Of a DNA stretch of 64,000 nucleotides, positions 13,301 through 28,940 are shown in pieces (position 1 is the first letter of the stretch; every line of letters begins with the position of its first letter). A program made the position numbers and the translations under genes. The notes below the pieces were generated by a model. It ran no database searches, was not told where the DNA came from, and worked only from the letters and a program-made list of their open reading frames with translations. Origin of the DNA: the human T2T-CHM13v2.0 reference genome, Homo sapiens; NCBI RefSeq assembly GCF_009914755.1, contig NC_060947.1. The stretch is one strand, 5' to 3'.

Positions 13301-14090
13301 AGTGTGGCAATGTCACTATGAACCAGAAAGTGTCACAGTTTTCCTATGAACCAGGAAGTGCTCGTTCGTAGGGACATTGCCACACTTCCTGGTTCATCTG
13401 GATTATTGTAGCACTTCCCGGTTTATAGGGAAATTGTGACACTTTCTGGTTCATAGTGACATTGCCACACTTCCTGATTGATATGGATAATAGCACTTCC
13501 TGGTTCATAGGGACATTGCCACACTTGCTGGTTCATCCAGATAATTGTAGCACTTCCTGGTTCATATGGATAATAGCACTTCCTGGTTCACAGGGACATT
13601 GTAACACTTCCTCTTTCATTCCGATAATTGTAGAACTTCCTAATTTGCAGGGACATTGTAACACTTTCTGGTTCATATGGATAATTGTAGCACTTCCTGG
13701 TTCATAGGGACATTGTAACATTTCCAGGTTCATACAGATAATTGTAGCACTTCCTGGTTCATAGGGACATTGTGACACTTCCTGGTTCATATGGATAATT
13801 GTAGCACTTCCTGGTTTGCAGGGACATTGCAATACTTCCTGGTTCATAGGGATAATTGTAGCACTTCTTAGTTTGAGGGACATTGTGACACTTCCTGGTT
13901 CATAGTGACACTGCAACACTTTTTGGTTCATATGGAAAATTGTAGTATTTCCTGGTTCATAACGACATTTGGAACCGTCTGGTTCATAGGGATAATTGTA
14001 GCACTTCCTGGTTCGTAGGGACATTGCCACACTTCCTGGTTCATCTGGATAATTGTAGCACTTCCTGGTTCATAAGGATAGTTGCAACAC
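10311..14090 (+). repeat. Minisatellite subarray 2 (VNTR-like), 28-29-bp monomers, with a higher-order repeat and an internal inversion
   Basis: Monomers ggataattgtagcacttcctggttcata and gggacattgccacacttcctggttcata mostly alternate; roughly 130 monomers estimated from length. Confidence 0.96.
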
Positions 14091-14094
14091 TCCC

Positions 14095-14720
14095 TGGGTC
14101 ATCACCCCCATCCTGCCATCTGCTCCAGCCCTATGCAGCCACTCAGAAATCTACTTCCTATCCCATGGATTTGCCTATCAGGGGCATTTCAAACGGCCTC
14201 CCATGTGGTTTTGTGCCTGGCTTCTTTCACTCAGCATAATATTTTCGAGGTCCATCGATTTTGTACCATGCATCAGAATTTCATTCCTTTTGATGGCAGA
14301 ATGACATTCCATTGTATGGGTAGACCACATTTTGTTTATCCATACACTTGTTGTTGGGCATTGGGTTATTTCCACTGTGTAACTACCATGAATAATGCTT
14401 AGCACTTAGCATACGGTTAAGACTTCTATGTACATACTTGTCTGAGTAACTGTCTTCAATTTTTTGGGTAAATACCCAGGAGGGGAATGGCTGGGTCATA
14501 TGATAACTCTATGTTTAACCATTGAAGGATCCGCCAGGCTGCTTTTCAAAGCAACCGCACCATTGCACCATCCCACAAACAATATAAGAGTGCTCCAGTT
14601 TCTGCACATCTGAGCCAACACTTGTCACTGTCCATATTTGTCATTAGAGCCATCCTAGTGTGTATGATGGGCTATCTCATTGTGGTTTTGATTTGCATTT
14701 CCCTGATGACCAGATAGGTT
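14095..14720 (-). mobile_element. L1M-type LINE-1 3' fragment
   Basis: Minus-strand translation WINKMWSTHTMECHSAIKRNE...LENIMLSERSQ resembles the L1 ORF2 C-terminus. Confidence 0.88.
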
Positions 14721-15071
14721 GGCTTTCAAGTTTTCATGTTCTTTCTTCTTCTCTGTCAAGTAGATGAGTAATACTTAAATAAATATTTCTTACTCAGCAT
14801 TTTGATGTATTTATTCATAGCCTTATTAATGCTTGACTTTATTTGTTTATCTCTCAGATATGGGTCTCTAAATGTCAGTTTCAAGAAGGAACTGTGTTTT
14901 GTTCAACTCCAAAATCCCCAGATCTATCTAGGACACTGCCTGAAACACAGAAGGGGTTAAAAAAATATGGATGAAATATAATAGCAAATGCATGTCCTAT
15001 TTTAAAATATCGACAGTTATTCTATTTGCAGAACAATAAATTCAATGTGAAGACTAAGATACTGTTGATTA

Positions 15072-15345
15072 TTTATGTGTGTATGCTCGTATATGTATAT
15101 ATACATACATATGTGTGTATACCTCTACATGTATGTATAGGTATGTATAGGTATACATATGTATATGTACAGACATATGTATAGGTATACATATGTATAT
15201 GTACAGACATATATATAGGTATATACACATATACAAGCATATATATATACATATGCAAGCATACCCACATTATGTACATATATGTAATATATATATATAT
15301 ACACACTCACATATACATACACACACACATATATTTACACATATC
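15072..15345. repeat. Degenerate (TA/TG/CA)n low-complexity tract
   Basis: Read directly from the sequence. Confidence 0.9.
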
Positions 15346-15489
15346 TTTATAAAACACAGACCTAGGATATTTTCCCTAGAATCAGGTCCAAGGCAGATAG
15401 TTGAAAAATGTCTGATTTCTAATTTGTGGTTGAAATAAAACTAAGAACATTTCATTATTTTCATCATGATTTATTTTGCTGACTTGTTG

Positions 15490-16030
15490 AACATATGCAG
15501 GCTTGTTACCTGGGTGGACTGTGTGATGCTGAGGTTTGGGGTATGACCGATCCCATCACCCGGGTAGTGAGCATGGCACCCAATAGGTAGTTCTTCAGTT
15601 CTTACCCTATCCCTCCCTCCACCCTCTAGGAGCCCCCAGTGTCTGTTCCTCTCTTTGTGTCCATGAGTACCCAATATGTAGATCCACTTATAAATGAGAA
15701 TGTGCAATATTTGGTTTTCTGTTTCTGGATTAGTTTGATTACAATAAGAACCTCCAGCTCCATCCACGTTACTGTAAAGGACGTGGTTTTGTTCTTTTCT
15801 GTGGCTGTGTAGTATCCCACAGCGTCTATGGACCACATTTTCTTTATCCAGTTCACCCTTGATGGGCATTTAGGTTGATTCCATGTCTTTGCTATGGGGA
15901 ATAGTACTGTGATCAACATGCTTGTGCAGGAGTCTTTTTGGTAGGATAATTTATTTTCCATTATGTATGTATCCAGGAATGGGATTGCTGAACTAAATGG
16001 TAGTTCTCTTTTTAGTTCTTTGAGAAATCT
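15490..16030 (-). mobile_element. L1PA/PB-type LINE-1 3' fragment
   Basis: Minus-strand KDSCTSMLITVLFPIAKTWNQPKCPS...WIKKMW is the L1 ORF2 C-terminal motif, followed by 3'UTR-like sequence. Confidence 0.9.
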
Positions 16031-16144
16031 GGGAGATATGTCTTGGAATGAACTTCATATAGCTTTTTACTGCCTCCCTTTTAAAATGCTTCCAGAAGGC
16101 TGTCCCTTATTTGGTGCACAGAAACTGGCTAAAAAATAAATGTG

Positions 16145-16628
<484 letters not shown>

Positions 16629-17480
16629 TTAAAACAAATAATATAAAAACGTGACCTGCAGCCACCTCTCCAAGGGGCCTGGATACCAATGGAAGGAAGT
16701 GAAAAGGAGGAGATGAAAAATTTACACCTTGAAAGCTGAAAGTGTTCTAATATTACCAATGCTGTGGAGTCAGACACATCGAAAGTGACTCTAATACCTC
16801 CTGACATCCTTATGTTATGAATATGTAGACAATAGCAAATTATTCTCCGCTTTTTTCCAGCTCATTGAAACATGTTAGGGAGGAACATTTCTGCATTGAC
16901 AACAGCTTTAAATATTTCATTAGTGCTTGGAAGAAACACAAGAATCTGTGACGCAGAAGGGAAATGAAAAGGAAAGCTTAGTCTCCATTTAGTTATGTTC
17001 CTCATAAATATTTCCCAGAGGCAAAGATGTTCTCTTTCATATTAAAAATACAAATAAACACTTCTCATTAGCCCAAGAAAATATTGTAGAGATTTTCATT
17101 ATCCAAAAAAGGCACACTTTCAAGACACACGGAACAGAGACGGCACATTGCCTTAGCTTGCTTCTGGCTAGCGTGTCTGGCTATTGACCGGATTTTATTT
17201 TTAAATGACTAAAATAATATATTAACTAAATGGTAAAATTCATATTCAGCATTGGCTTGAGGGCATCGGAGGGTTTTGGCTGGCCCAGTCATCTCTACCA
17301 GTGAAGAAAGCAAGGAAATAGGTCATTTCACTCAGGGACAGCTTGAAAACAGAGATTTCATGGAGCTTCCTCATTCCGTCAGCCTAGAGTGGGATTTTGG
17401 CTGTCACCCTTCAAGGATGAAAAGGTGCAGAGGACATTGGGCTGCAGACAGGGCGCTCGTTTAAATGATTTAAAAGTTTT

Positions 17481-18134
<654 letters not shown>

Positions 18135-18394
18135 TTATGAGTTTTCTTCTTTAACCTGCACCTTGTTCTCTGAGTCACTTTGCACTTGAAGGTACAGCTA
18201 CAGCTTCCCCATCAGACTTGTTGGTCTTTTATCAAAGGATGAAAAAGTTCTTCCTCCTTTGGGTCTTTAACCCTGTTTCCTGGTGTAAGACAGCTTTTAT
18301 GTTTGCTACCTGCTGGAATCAACTTGAAATTTTCTCCCAGAAAATTTGTGAATTTATCTTGTTCAAGTTACTTGTGGTCAATAAGTTAATAAAG

Positions 18395-19040
18395 ATAGGT
18401 AGACAGACAGACAAATACATTGATACAGATAGATAGATTCATGATAGATGATTGATAGATAGATATTACACAGATACATAGATACATATCTTAGACCTGA
18501 TATATACAGGGTGGGTGGATAGATAAATGAATAAATAGATAGATAGATATTACATAGATAGATAGATACATAGATTAGACCTGATATATACAGGGTGGGT
18601 GGATAGATAAATGAATAAATGGCTTGATTGATGGATTGATGATTGATGGATTGATGGATTGGTAGATAAATGAATAAATGGCTAGATACATGATTGATTG
18701 ATTGGTAGGTAAATGAATAAATGGCTAGATACATGATTGATTGATAGATGATAGAGATTAGATAGATATATAGATACATAGATTAGACCTGATAGATATA
18801 TGGATATATATACAGGATGGGTGGATAAATGAATAAATGGCTAGATACATGATATAGATAGAGCCAATACATACATAGGTACATAGACAGGGTAGGTGGA
18901 TAGATAGATGAAGACATGGATAGATAAATATACACAGAGATAGATCAATGATAGAAATGGGTATATAGATATATGAATGATAGAAGATATTTTGAGAGAG
19001 AGATGATTAATAGGCAATTGATTGACATATTAGATGACAG
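18395..19040. repeat. Degenerate (GATA/GATT/GAAT)n tract
   Basis: Read directly; contains internal re-duplications of tagacctgatatatacagggtgggtggatagataaatgaataaat. Confidence 0.9.
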
Positions 19041-19742
19041 ATAAAAAGTGGGTAAAATGCAAGTAAACTGTAAGCCAAACGTCCACGTGGAATAGCGTGG
19101 GAAGCATTGAGAAGACGCTTTTTGGTGCTACCTGTTTAAACATTGAAAAACTGAGCTAATACCCTCCACAGTACGATAGAGGGGAGGGCACTGGGAATTT
19201 ATACCTCCCAGGAAAAATAAATCATGGTAAACAGGCAGAGATCTTTCCAGATTCCAGTTCTTGGGGGTAAAAGGTCCCCAAGATGCCCAGTTTGTGACAA
19301 CCTGTTTTGAACTATTCAGCTCAAGGTTTCCATTTTTTCTCCCAGGGGAGTTGCGTCGATTCTGATGTGTTTGCTTCGGTGCTCTGTGTATCGTATTCAT
19401 CCCACTCTTCAATTCATAAACTCTGGAGATTCTTCAATTCACTGGGCAAACCATATGCCTAAGTCTATCCTCTGATGGAGGCTCGTACATGCAAAATCCA
19501 ATAGCAACCTGGGAAGATTTCAGTCAAGACCCAAGAGGAGGCTGGCATCAGGCTCTCGGTCACCGATCTTCACATTCAGGTTTCCTGATGCACTTTGCGA
19601 CTCTTTGGGCAACCTCTGGACTCCTTGTTCCCAGGGTCCACATTTAGTTTTATCTTTACTGCATTGCTTTTATGAAAAAGAATAAAATTGGATGAAACAG
19701 ATACAGAGTATTGGTGTCAACCTAAGTATTGGTGTCAACAAA

Positions 19743-20143
19743 GAGATGGTTTGGATCTGGTTCCCCACCACATCTTAGGTTGAGTTGGAATCCCCGGTTT
19801 GGAGGTGGCGCCTGGTGGGAGGTGACTGCATTATGCGGGTGGTTTCCATTGAATGGTTTACCACTGTCCCCCATGGTGCTGTTGTGGCGGAAGTGAGTTA
19901 TCATCCAATCTGGTTGTTTAAAGGGTGCAACAACTTCCCCACCCCGTCCTGCTCCTGCTGTGGCCATGTAAGATGTGCCTGTTTCCCCTCTGCCTTCCGC
20001 CATGATTGTAAATTTCCTGAGGCCTCCCCAGCCGTGCTTCCTGTACTGCCTGTGGAACCGTGAGCCAATTTAAACCTCTTTTTCTTTATAAAATTACCCT
20101 GTCTCAGGTATTTCTTTATAGCAGCGTAAGGACTGACTAATAC
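19743..20143 (+). mobile_element. MSTA-like MaLR solo LTR
   Basis: gatggtttggatctg...ccttccgccatgattgtaaatttcctgaggcctcccca...gactaataca matches the MST consensus. Confidence 0.88.
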
Positions 20144-20460
20144 ACTCTGTAATAGAAAAGATGTTTATTTGGGAGTATAGTAGTGCGCTGAGAATAGATG
20201 TGCCATATTAAACTGTGTTCATATTCAGGGAGGTAAAGGGGAAAAAAGGATTTTAAAGGAAATAATGAAGAGGATTCCATAATTCTTTTCAAATGATTAT
20301 CCTTGGCTAAAAAGATCAATAACATGGTGACACCAGTCTGAGTTTGGACAGCCAGTTTTTGGGCAGATGTCCTCGTGGAAGTATTTTTCTTTGCAAGGGT
20401 GAGATTTTTGCAGTCTCTTACGATAGTTTTTGTTATCAGGCATATAAGCATAAAAACCAT
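20144..20460 (-). mobile_element. ERV1-type LTR fragment (MER65/MER4-group-like), apparently interrupted by the MST element
   Basis: Resemblance to recalled consensus only. Confidence 0.4.
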
Positions 20461-20784
20461 TAATATACACTAGAGATGGATTGAAGAGCTTATAAAATTG
20501 TTAAGGTTTTCTTCTTTGGTCAGTGTCTAAAATATGAGTCAGATATTTCCTTGGTTATCTTTGAGATTTATGTGGTCCCAGGTTTCTCCTGGGTGGGTAG
20601 AAATTACTGCAGCACGTACAAAACTGTCCTTCATGCCATACTTCTTCCTACCATTATACGATGAAAACTAACAAAAGAGAGTTTTATAAAATGTTCTTCC
20701 TCTTTCTCTCTGGTACCAATAGGAAGCACAATTGTTTCCCCATGGTTCTTCACAAAGGTTCTATTGCACTAAGTTTTAAAGCCT

Positions 20785-21400
20785 TGTGTATACACAATCA
20801 CATTCACATATACCACACATACACGTGCATATACACAGTTACATCCGTACAGATACATACATGCACATGTATACACAGATAAACACATACATGCACAAAT
20901 ATAGACACATACACAGACACACATTCACATGTATGCGGACACACACACATATACACATATACCTATGCACAGAAACCATACAGATATACACATACATAAC
21001 ATACATGCACAGGTATACATACAAACATACACAGATATGTGCATACACATATACACACATAACACATGCATGCACACATATCCACAAGCCTGCAGATATA
21101 CACACGTACACACAGATATGCATATTCATACATACCAAACATACATTCATACTTACACCTATACACACACATACACAAACACATACAGAGATATACACAC
21201 ATGCACACAAATACATACACACATACATACACAGATACACATGTACATACATACCAAACATACATGCATACTTACACCTACACACATACACAAACACATA
21301 TACACAAACACACATACACAGGGATATGCACATGCACACAGATACCCACATACACACGTACATACTCACATAGAGTTACACACACACACGTGCACACGCA
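20785..21400. repeat. Degenerate (CA/TA)n tract
   Basis: Read directly; source of the His/Thr-rich and Cys/Val-rich ORFs. Confidence 0.92.
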
Positions 21401-21528
21401 ACTTTGGCATAATGGAAATTTGATGATTGGTCATTGGAGTCAACCATACAGCCCCTGTCAGAAACAAAGGACCAAAGTCGAAGGGGACATGGATGCACAA
21501 ACATCTCAACATCTACGGAACCACGTAA

Positions 21529-21975
<447 letters not shown>

Positions 21976-22611
21976 TAGAATTGGGTTGGTTTTGTTGCAC
22001 TGGGTGTCTGGTAGCTCCGGAGAGAACAAATATAAATGTGAAAATGCATACCTTGGTCATCAGTGTTTCTCAACAATTCTCCATCCCACTTAACAAGGCC
22101 TCTGCTAGAACTCTGGGGTCCGTTCCAAGAGGAAAAACATCCCTGCCTAGAAGAAGCAAATGGAAGAATGTACTCTATGCTGCCATGTGTGTTCTCATCA
22201 GGCCTTATCTAAGTTTCTCACCAGGAGATGTTGAAAAATATTGCTTGATGGACGAAGGGTAACGTACTGCAGTTGTTTATTGAGAAATGCCAGCCGTCAT
22301 CTCTTGCTCGTTAGCTGCTCTGAATGCTCTTAGAAGGCACCATTCATGCCGCTGTATTCGGGACTGCTGAATTGTGCCACATTCCTTGGTGTTACGCGTG
22401 TCTCTTGTTGATGAAGTTCTAACCACAGTGCCATTGTGAGGCTGGAAATGTCCTTGGGTGAAAAAGCGGCCCCTGGGTCACCTTTCCCATGATTCAGGTG
22501 CATGTGAACCCCTCTAGTGCTTTACTGCCAGGGTCCAGGAGAGAGGGAAAGAATGTCACTGTCCCAGCATCCTCTAAGTTACTTGACAACACAATTGTTC
22601 TAGTGTCAAGA

Positions 22612-22911
<300 letters not shown>

Positions 22912-23013
22912 GGTATTTTTTTTTTTTTCTTCAGCTCAAGAATGAAGTTTTTCTTAGTATCCTGTAGCTAAAATGATGCTTCTCCAATTTTATTTATTAA
23001 AAACGCCTAACGC

Positions 23014-23320
23014 TGGCCGGGTGCAGTAGCTCACGCCTGTAATCCTAGCACTTTGGGAGGCCAAGGCAGGTGGATCACGGGGTCAGGAGATTGAGACCAT
23101 CCTGGCCAACATGGCAAAATCCCGTCTCTACTAAAAAAAAATAGAAAAAATTAGCCGAGTGTGGTGGCGGGCGCCTGTAGTCCCAGCTACTCAGGAGGTT
23201 GAAGCAGAAGAAGCGCTTGAACCTAGGAGGTGGAGGTTGCAGTGAACCGAGCTCGCGCCGCTGTACTCCAGCATGGCAACACAGTGAGACTGTTTCAGAA
23301 AAACAAACAACAACAAAAAA
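23014..23320 (+). mobile_element. Alu
   Basis: ggccgggtgcagtagctc...A-rich tail. Confidence 0.94.
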
Positions 23321-23614
23321 CAACTAATAGTAATGATCACATTTTTGGGCTCAAACATCTTAATTCTGGAAAGAGGAGATGCCACAATGGATACCACACT
23401 AAAGAGATGCTCTGGAGAATTTTGCAAGGGAAGAAATTGTCATCTTAGGGAGGGCACACTGGGGAAGCTTTTCAGACACTGGTCATTCACCGGTATGATT
23501 AGAAGAAATGCCACACAGACCTCAGGATACCTTGACCCAGACGGGGTCACTCTGATGCCTTCTGAAGTGAGAAATTGATCACGTTACCACAGCTAGTCAC
23601 CACTCACTGGGTGA

Positions 23615-24280
<666 letters not shown>

Positions 24281-24892
24281 GCACATATCTTTTTATGACT
24301 CACAACAATATGCAACTCTGGCATGCAATCATGCTAGTGGTTTACTTGGGCAGACCCTCCAGGCCTGCGTGGCAAGGGAGTGGGGGTTCACGCCACAGCA
24401 AAGAGGAGGAAGGAAAACCCCTGTGCTTCAGCTTTTTCGGATCACAGGAAAGAGCAAACCCAGCAATTCAAGGGCAGCGGTCAAAGACTGCAGGTATAGA
24501 GCATGAGAAGCAGTGAGCACAGGGCTGGAGGGGGGCACAGAAATGGTAGCAAAGGTCAGGGATATGAGGGGATAGCTTGAGGTGGGGCCGACCTTCATGG
24601 GAGGGATGGCAGAAGGCGAAGATGATTCAAAGGGAGGATGGGGCACCGGTAACATCAGCTCCAGGAGCTCAGGAAAGTGTAGAAGGGAGCTCCTTCTCCA
24701 TCCAAGACTGACCCCGTGTCTCTCACGCTTTGGTGCAAGGATGCATGGATGCTGAGACTCATAGGAAGGGTGTGTGAGGCATGAAGCATGTGGGAAGTGG
24801 AAAAAGGGAAAGAGGAGGAGAAGGGCTGTGGGGAAATAAGTGAGTAGAATTGAGGAAACAGACCATTGACTTAATTCTTGAAAGGATTCAAA

Positions 24893-25340
24893 GGCCAGGT
24901 GCAGTGGCTTATGTCAGCAACCCCAGTTACTCAAGAGGCTGAGAGAGGAGGATCACCTGAGACCAGGAGTTTGAGATCAGCCTGGACAACATGGTGAAAC
25001 TCCGTCTCTACTAAAAATACAAAAATTGGCTGGGCAGGCTGGTGGGCACCTGTAATCCTAGCTACTTGGGAGGCTGAAGCAGGAAAATTGCTTGAACCAG
25101 GAGGCATAGGTTGCAGTGAGCTGAGGTCGTGCCATTGCACTCCAGCCTGGGCGATAGAATGAGACTCTGTCTCAAAAACAAAAAAACAAAACAAAAAAGA
25201 TACGGGTTGAGCACAGTTGCTCATCCCTGTAATCCTAGCACTTTGGGAGGTTAATGCAGGAGGATTGCTTGAGACCAGGAATTCAAGTCCAGCCTGGGCA
25301 ACATAGTGAGACCCCATCTCTAAAAAAACAACAAGAAAAA
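24893..25340 (+). mobile_element. Alu (24893-25200) plus a left-monomer/FLAM-like fragment (25204-25340)
   Basis: Alu consensus motifs. Confidence 0.88.
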
Positions 25341-25469
25341 CACAAAAATATACATCATGACACCTGTATTCACACTCCTCATATACTGCAGACAAATGCC
25401 ATTTTGAAGAGAGGGAGCTTTATTCCTGAGTGGGCGGAGGAAGAAGGATGAATTGAGGAAGTGTGTTCA

Positions 25470-25928
25470 TTACTTGTCAGCTGCCAACACTGAAAACAAC
25501 ACATGTTTATTTTCTTACATTTCTGTAGGTCAGGAGTCTGAAATGGATTTCACTATTTTAAAATCAAGGTGTTGGGAGGCTTGCAGTCTCTCCAGAATCT
25601 CTAGGAGAGAATTCATTTCTTACTTTTTCTAGTTTTTACAAGCCACCTGCCATCCTTGGCTCATTAGCCGTTACCCCATCTTCAAAGCACATGACTCCGA
25701 CCTCTGCTTCCATCCTCACATCCCTTTTTTCTGCGGTTAAATATCTCCCTTCCTCTCCTTATAAAAGCCCTGGGACCCCACTGTGATTCCATAGATCATT
25801 CAAAAAATGTCCCCATCTTAAGAACCTTACCTGAATCCTATCTGCAAATTCCTCTTTGTCCTAAAAGTTCACAAGTTCTAAGAATTAGGATGTGGGCATC
25901 TCTGGGGACCAGGATTGTACCTGCCACA
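25470..25928 (-). mobile_element. MLT1-type MaLR LTR; its 5' part is shared with the left arm of the inverted duplication
   Basis: Reverse complement begins tgtggcaggtacaatcctggtccccagagatgcccacatcctaa, matching 8771 onward. Confidence 0.8.
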
Positions 25929-26109
25929 TAGGGTTTGAACACCTGATGGGATCTGGGAGCCTGATGAGGGAGGGTGTCACCCCTGAGGGGCTGGGTCAAA
26001 GTGAACCAAGTAGCTAGAACAGGTGGTCACAAGAAGTTGGTGATTCCCAAGGGCACCAGCTTGGGAGAAGTAAGTGGGGCAGCTGGGGACCCCTCCACCT
26101 CTAGGGTCA

Positions 26110-26695
<586 letters not shown>

Positions 26696-27303
26696 CTAAC
26701 ACTAACAGAGAAGTTTTCAAACCTCAGGAAGATGGACCCAAGCCATATCACTGGCTTCTTTTCAAGGGAAAATTTGATTTTTTTTTCCCTTAACTGAACT
26801 CTTTTGGGCCACCCTGTTGACTGTAATGAGCACAGACTGCGTTTATCGTGGGAAATGAACTTTGCAATGAATTACTCCAAGAAATGATGCCGTTAGCAAT
26901 GGGTACATGAGTGGAAGCAACAGCAGCGTGGGATCAGAGCCAGGATCTGAGAGATGCAGAGCTGGGAGGCAGGAGAAAGCTGTCTGGGAGCAAGCAGAGG
27001 GTGCTAGACCCAATGAACATGGCAAGCAAGGCTAGACCCTGAGGACAGTCAAAGGGCCATTTTCAAGGTTGAGGACTGACTGTGGCCTCACTGTGTTCCC
27101 CTCCATGGCACGCCATACCTGAGCTCCTCTTTCCCTCCTCACTGAGCCCCACAGGATCCTCGGTTCCATCGACCACAGGCCCTTTGCACATACCACACTT
27201 GCTACACAAAACTTTCTGCCTCTACCTTGTGCTGTCTTCATACTTCAATTGTCAGCTCCACTGTTAGCTCCATGGTCACTTCCCCTTAAAAGTTCACATC
27301 TGT

Positions 27304-27610
<307 letters not shown>

Positions 27611-28479
27611 AGTTCATATATCTGTGTCCCTGCCTGACCCAAGCTGACCATGTTATAAGCATCTAGAAGCCTCACCTCCTTACTGCGGCTCTGACCACGG
27701 CACTACTTTTATATCCTGTGGGCAATTTTGTTTAAATATCCGCTTTCCTCGTTAGACGCTAAGCAACATGGGAGTGAGTGTCTGGCCATGGTTTGCTCAT
27801 CTGTGCATCTCCAGGACTGGCTGGGTTCCTGGGTATGAAGAAGCAGCGGTCCACACACATGGGTGAACCTGTGCTTCTTCTCACCACTACACTGCTTGGC
27901 TTCCTTATTTCCTTCCTGTCACCTGGAATGCCTACCCTGTACTTCTCTCCAGCTCCAACACCATCATTTACCACCTCGTTCAGCTCCCAGGCATCCTAGA
28001 AGCCTTTCCTGACCACAGGGGTGCATCGTGGTGCACAATTCCTTCAGCTGCCACTATGGTGCAAGATGAGTCTAGAAGAACAGTTTTGCTGTGCGGTCAC
28101 CCTTACTCACTATTGTGATTTTGCCTTTAACATATTGAAAAAGACACAGAAAACACACACCATCCGATCAGTTAGTTGCAGACACATCGCCCGATGCTAA
28201 GAATGTGCTGTGTTTTAAATTGACGTCTGTTGGCTCTTCAGCTTCTGCTCTGGGCTTCTTATGTCCCCACTCGGCCCTGAATCCCATTCCCCCAAATCTC
28301 AGTAACTTTGGTGGCTTTTGCACCAGCCAAAATCAGATCCTAGGTCTTGAGCAAAACCAAGAGCAAGGAAAAAAATCCCACATGGGAATCTGAGACCTCA
28401 CTCTAATGACTTCAGTTGCTGTTGACTTGATTTCCTTCAACTGCCGAAGGAGGTTAGAACAGTTTCCTCTTGCTTCTAG

Positions 28480-28940
28480 GACAAAGCATCACAGACTTTG
28501 CAGCTTAAAACAATGCACATTTCTTTGCTTACAGTTCTGGAGGTAAGAAGTCTGAAATTAGTTTCCTGGGGCTCCCATCAAGGTGTCAGCAGGGCTGGCT
28601 TCCTTCTGGAGGCTCTAGGAGAGAAACGGTTTGCTTGACATTTCCAGCTTCTAGAGGCTGCCTACACGCCTTATTATGTAGCTGCTCCCTCCATCTTCAA
28701 AGCCAGCAGTGTAGCATCTTCCAATCTCTCTCTAACTCTGACCCTCTTGCTTCCCTCTTTCCATGATAAAGACCCATGTGATAACATTGGTCCTACCTGG
28801 GTAATCCAGTAATGTCTTCTCATCTCAAGCTCAGCTGATCAGCAACTTTCATTCCATCTGCAACCTTCATTTCCCTTGCACAGGTTCTGGGAATCAGGAC
28901 ATGGATATCTTTGGAGCCTGCTATTGCTTCTACCTACAAC
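28480..28940 (-). mobile_element. MLT1-type MaLR LTR
   Basis: cttacagttctggagg...aaggtgtcagcagggctgg...ggaggctctaggagagaa. Confidence 0.82.

Noticed and set aside
9800-14090. CRISPR-like appearance of a constant core with variable intervening sequence
   Set aside because: The intervening sequences are short variants of a few types, not unique spacers; there are no cas genes and the context is primate DNA.
10086-14239. Family of similar ORFs (MTLPHFLVHVDNSSTSWFIG..., ...NYPYEPGSATII...) that looks like a tandem gene array
   Set aside because: They are translations of the minisatellite on both strands, with GTG pseudo-starts, frequent stops, and no splice or promoter structure.
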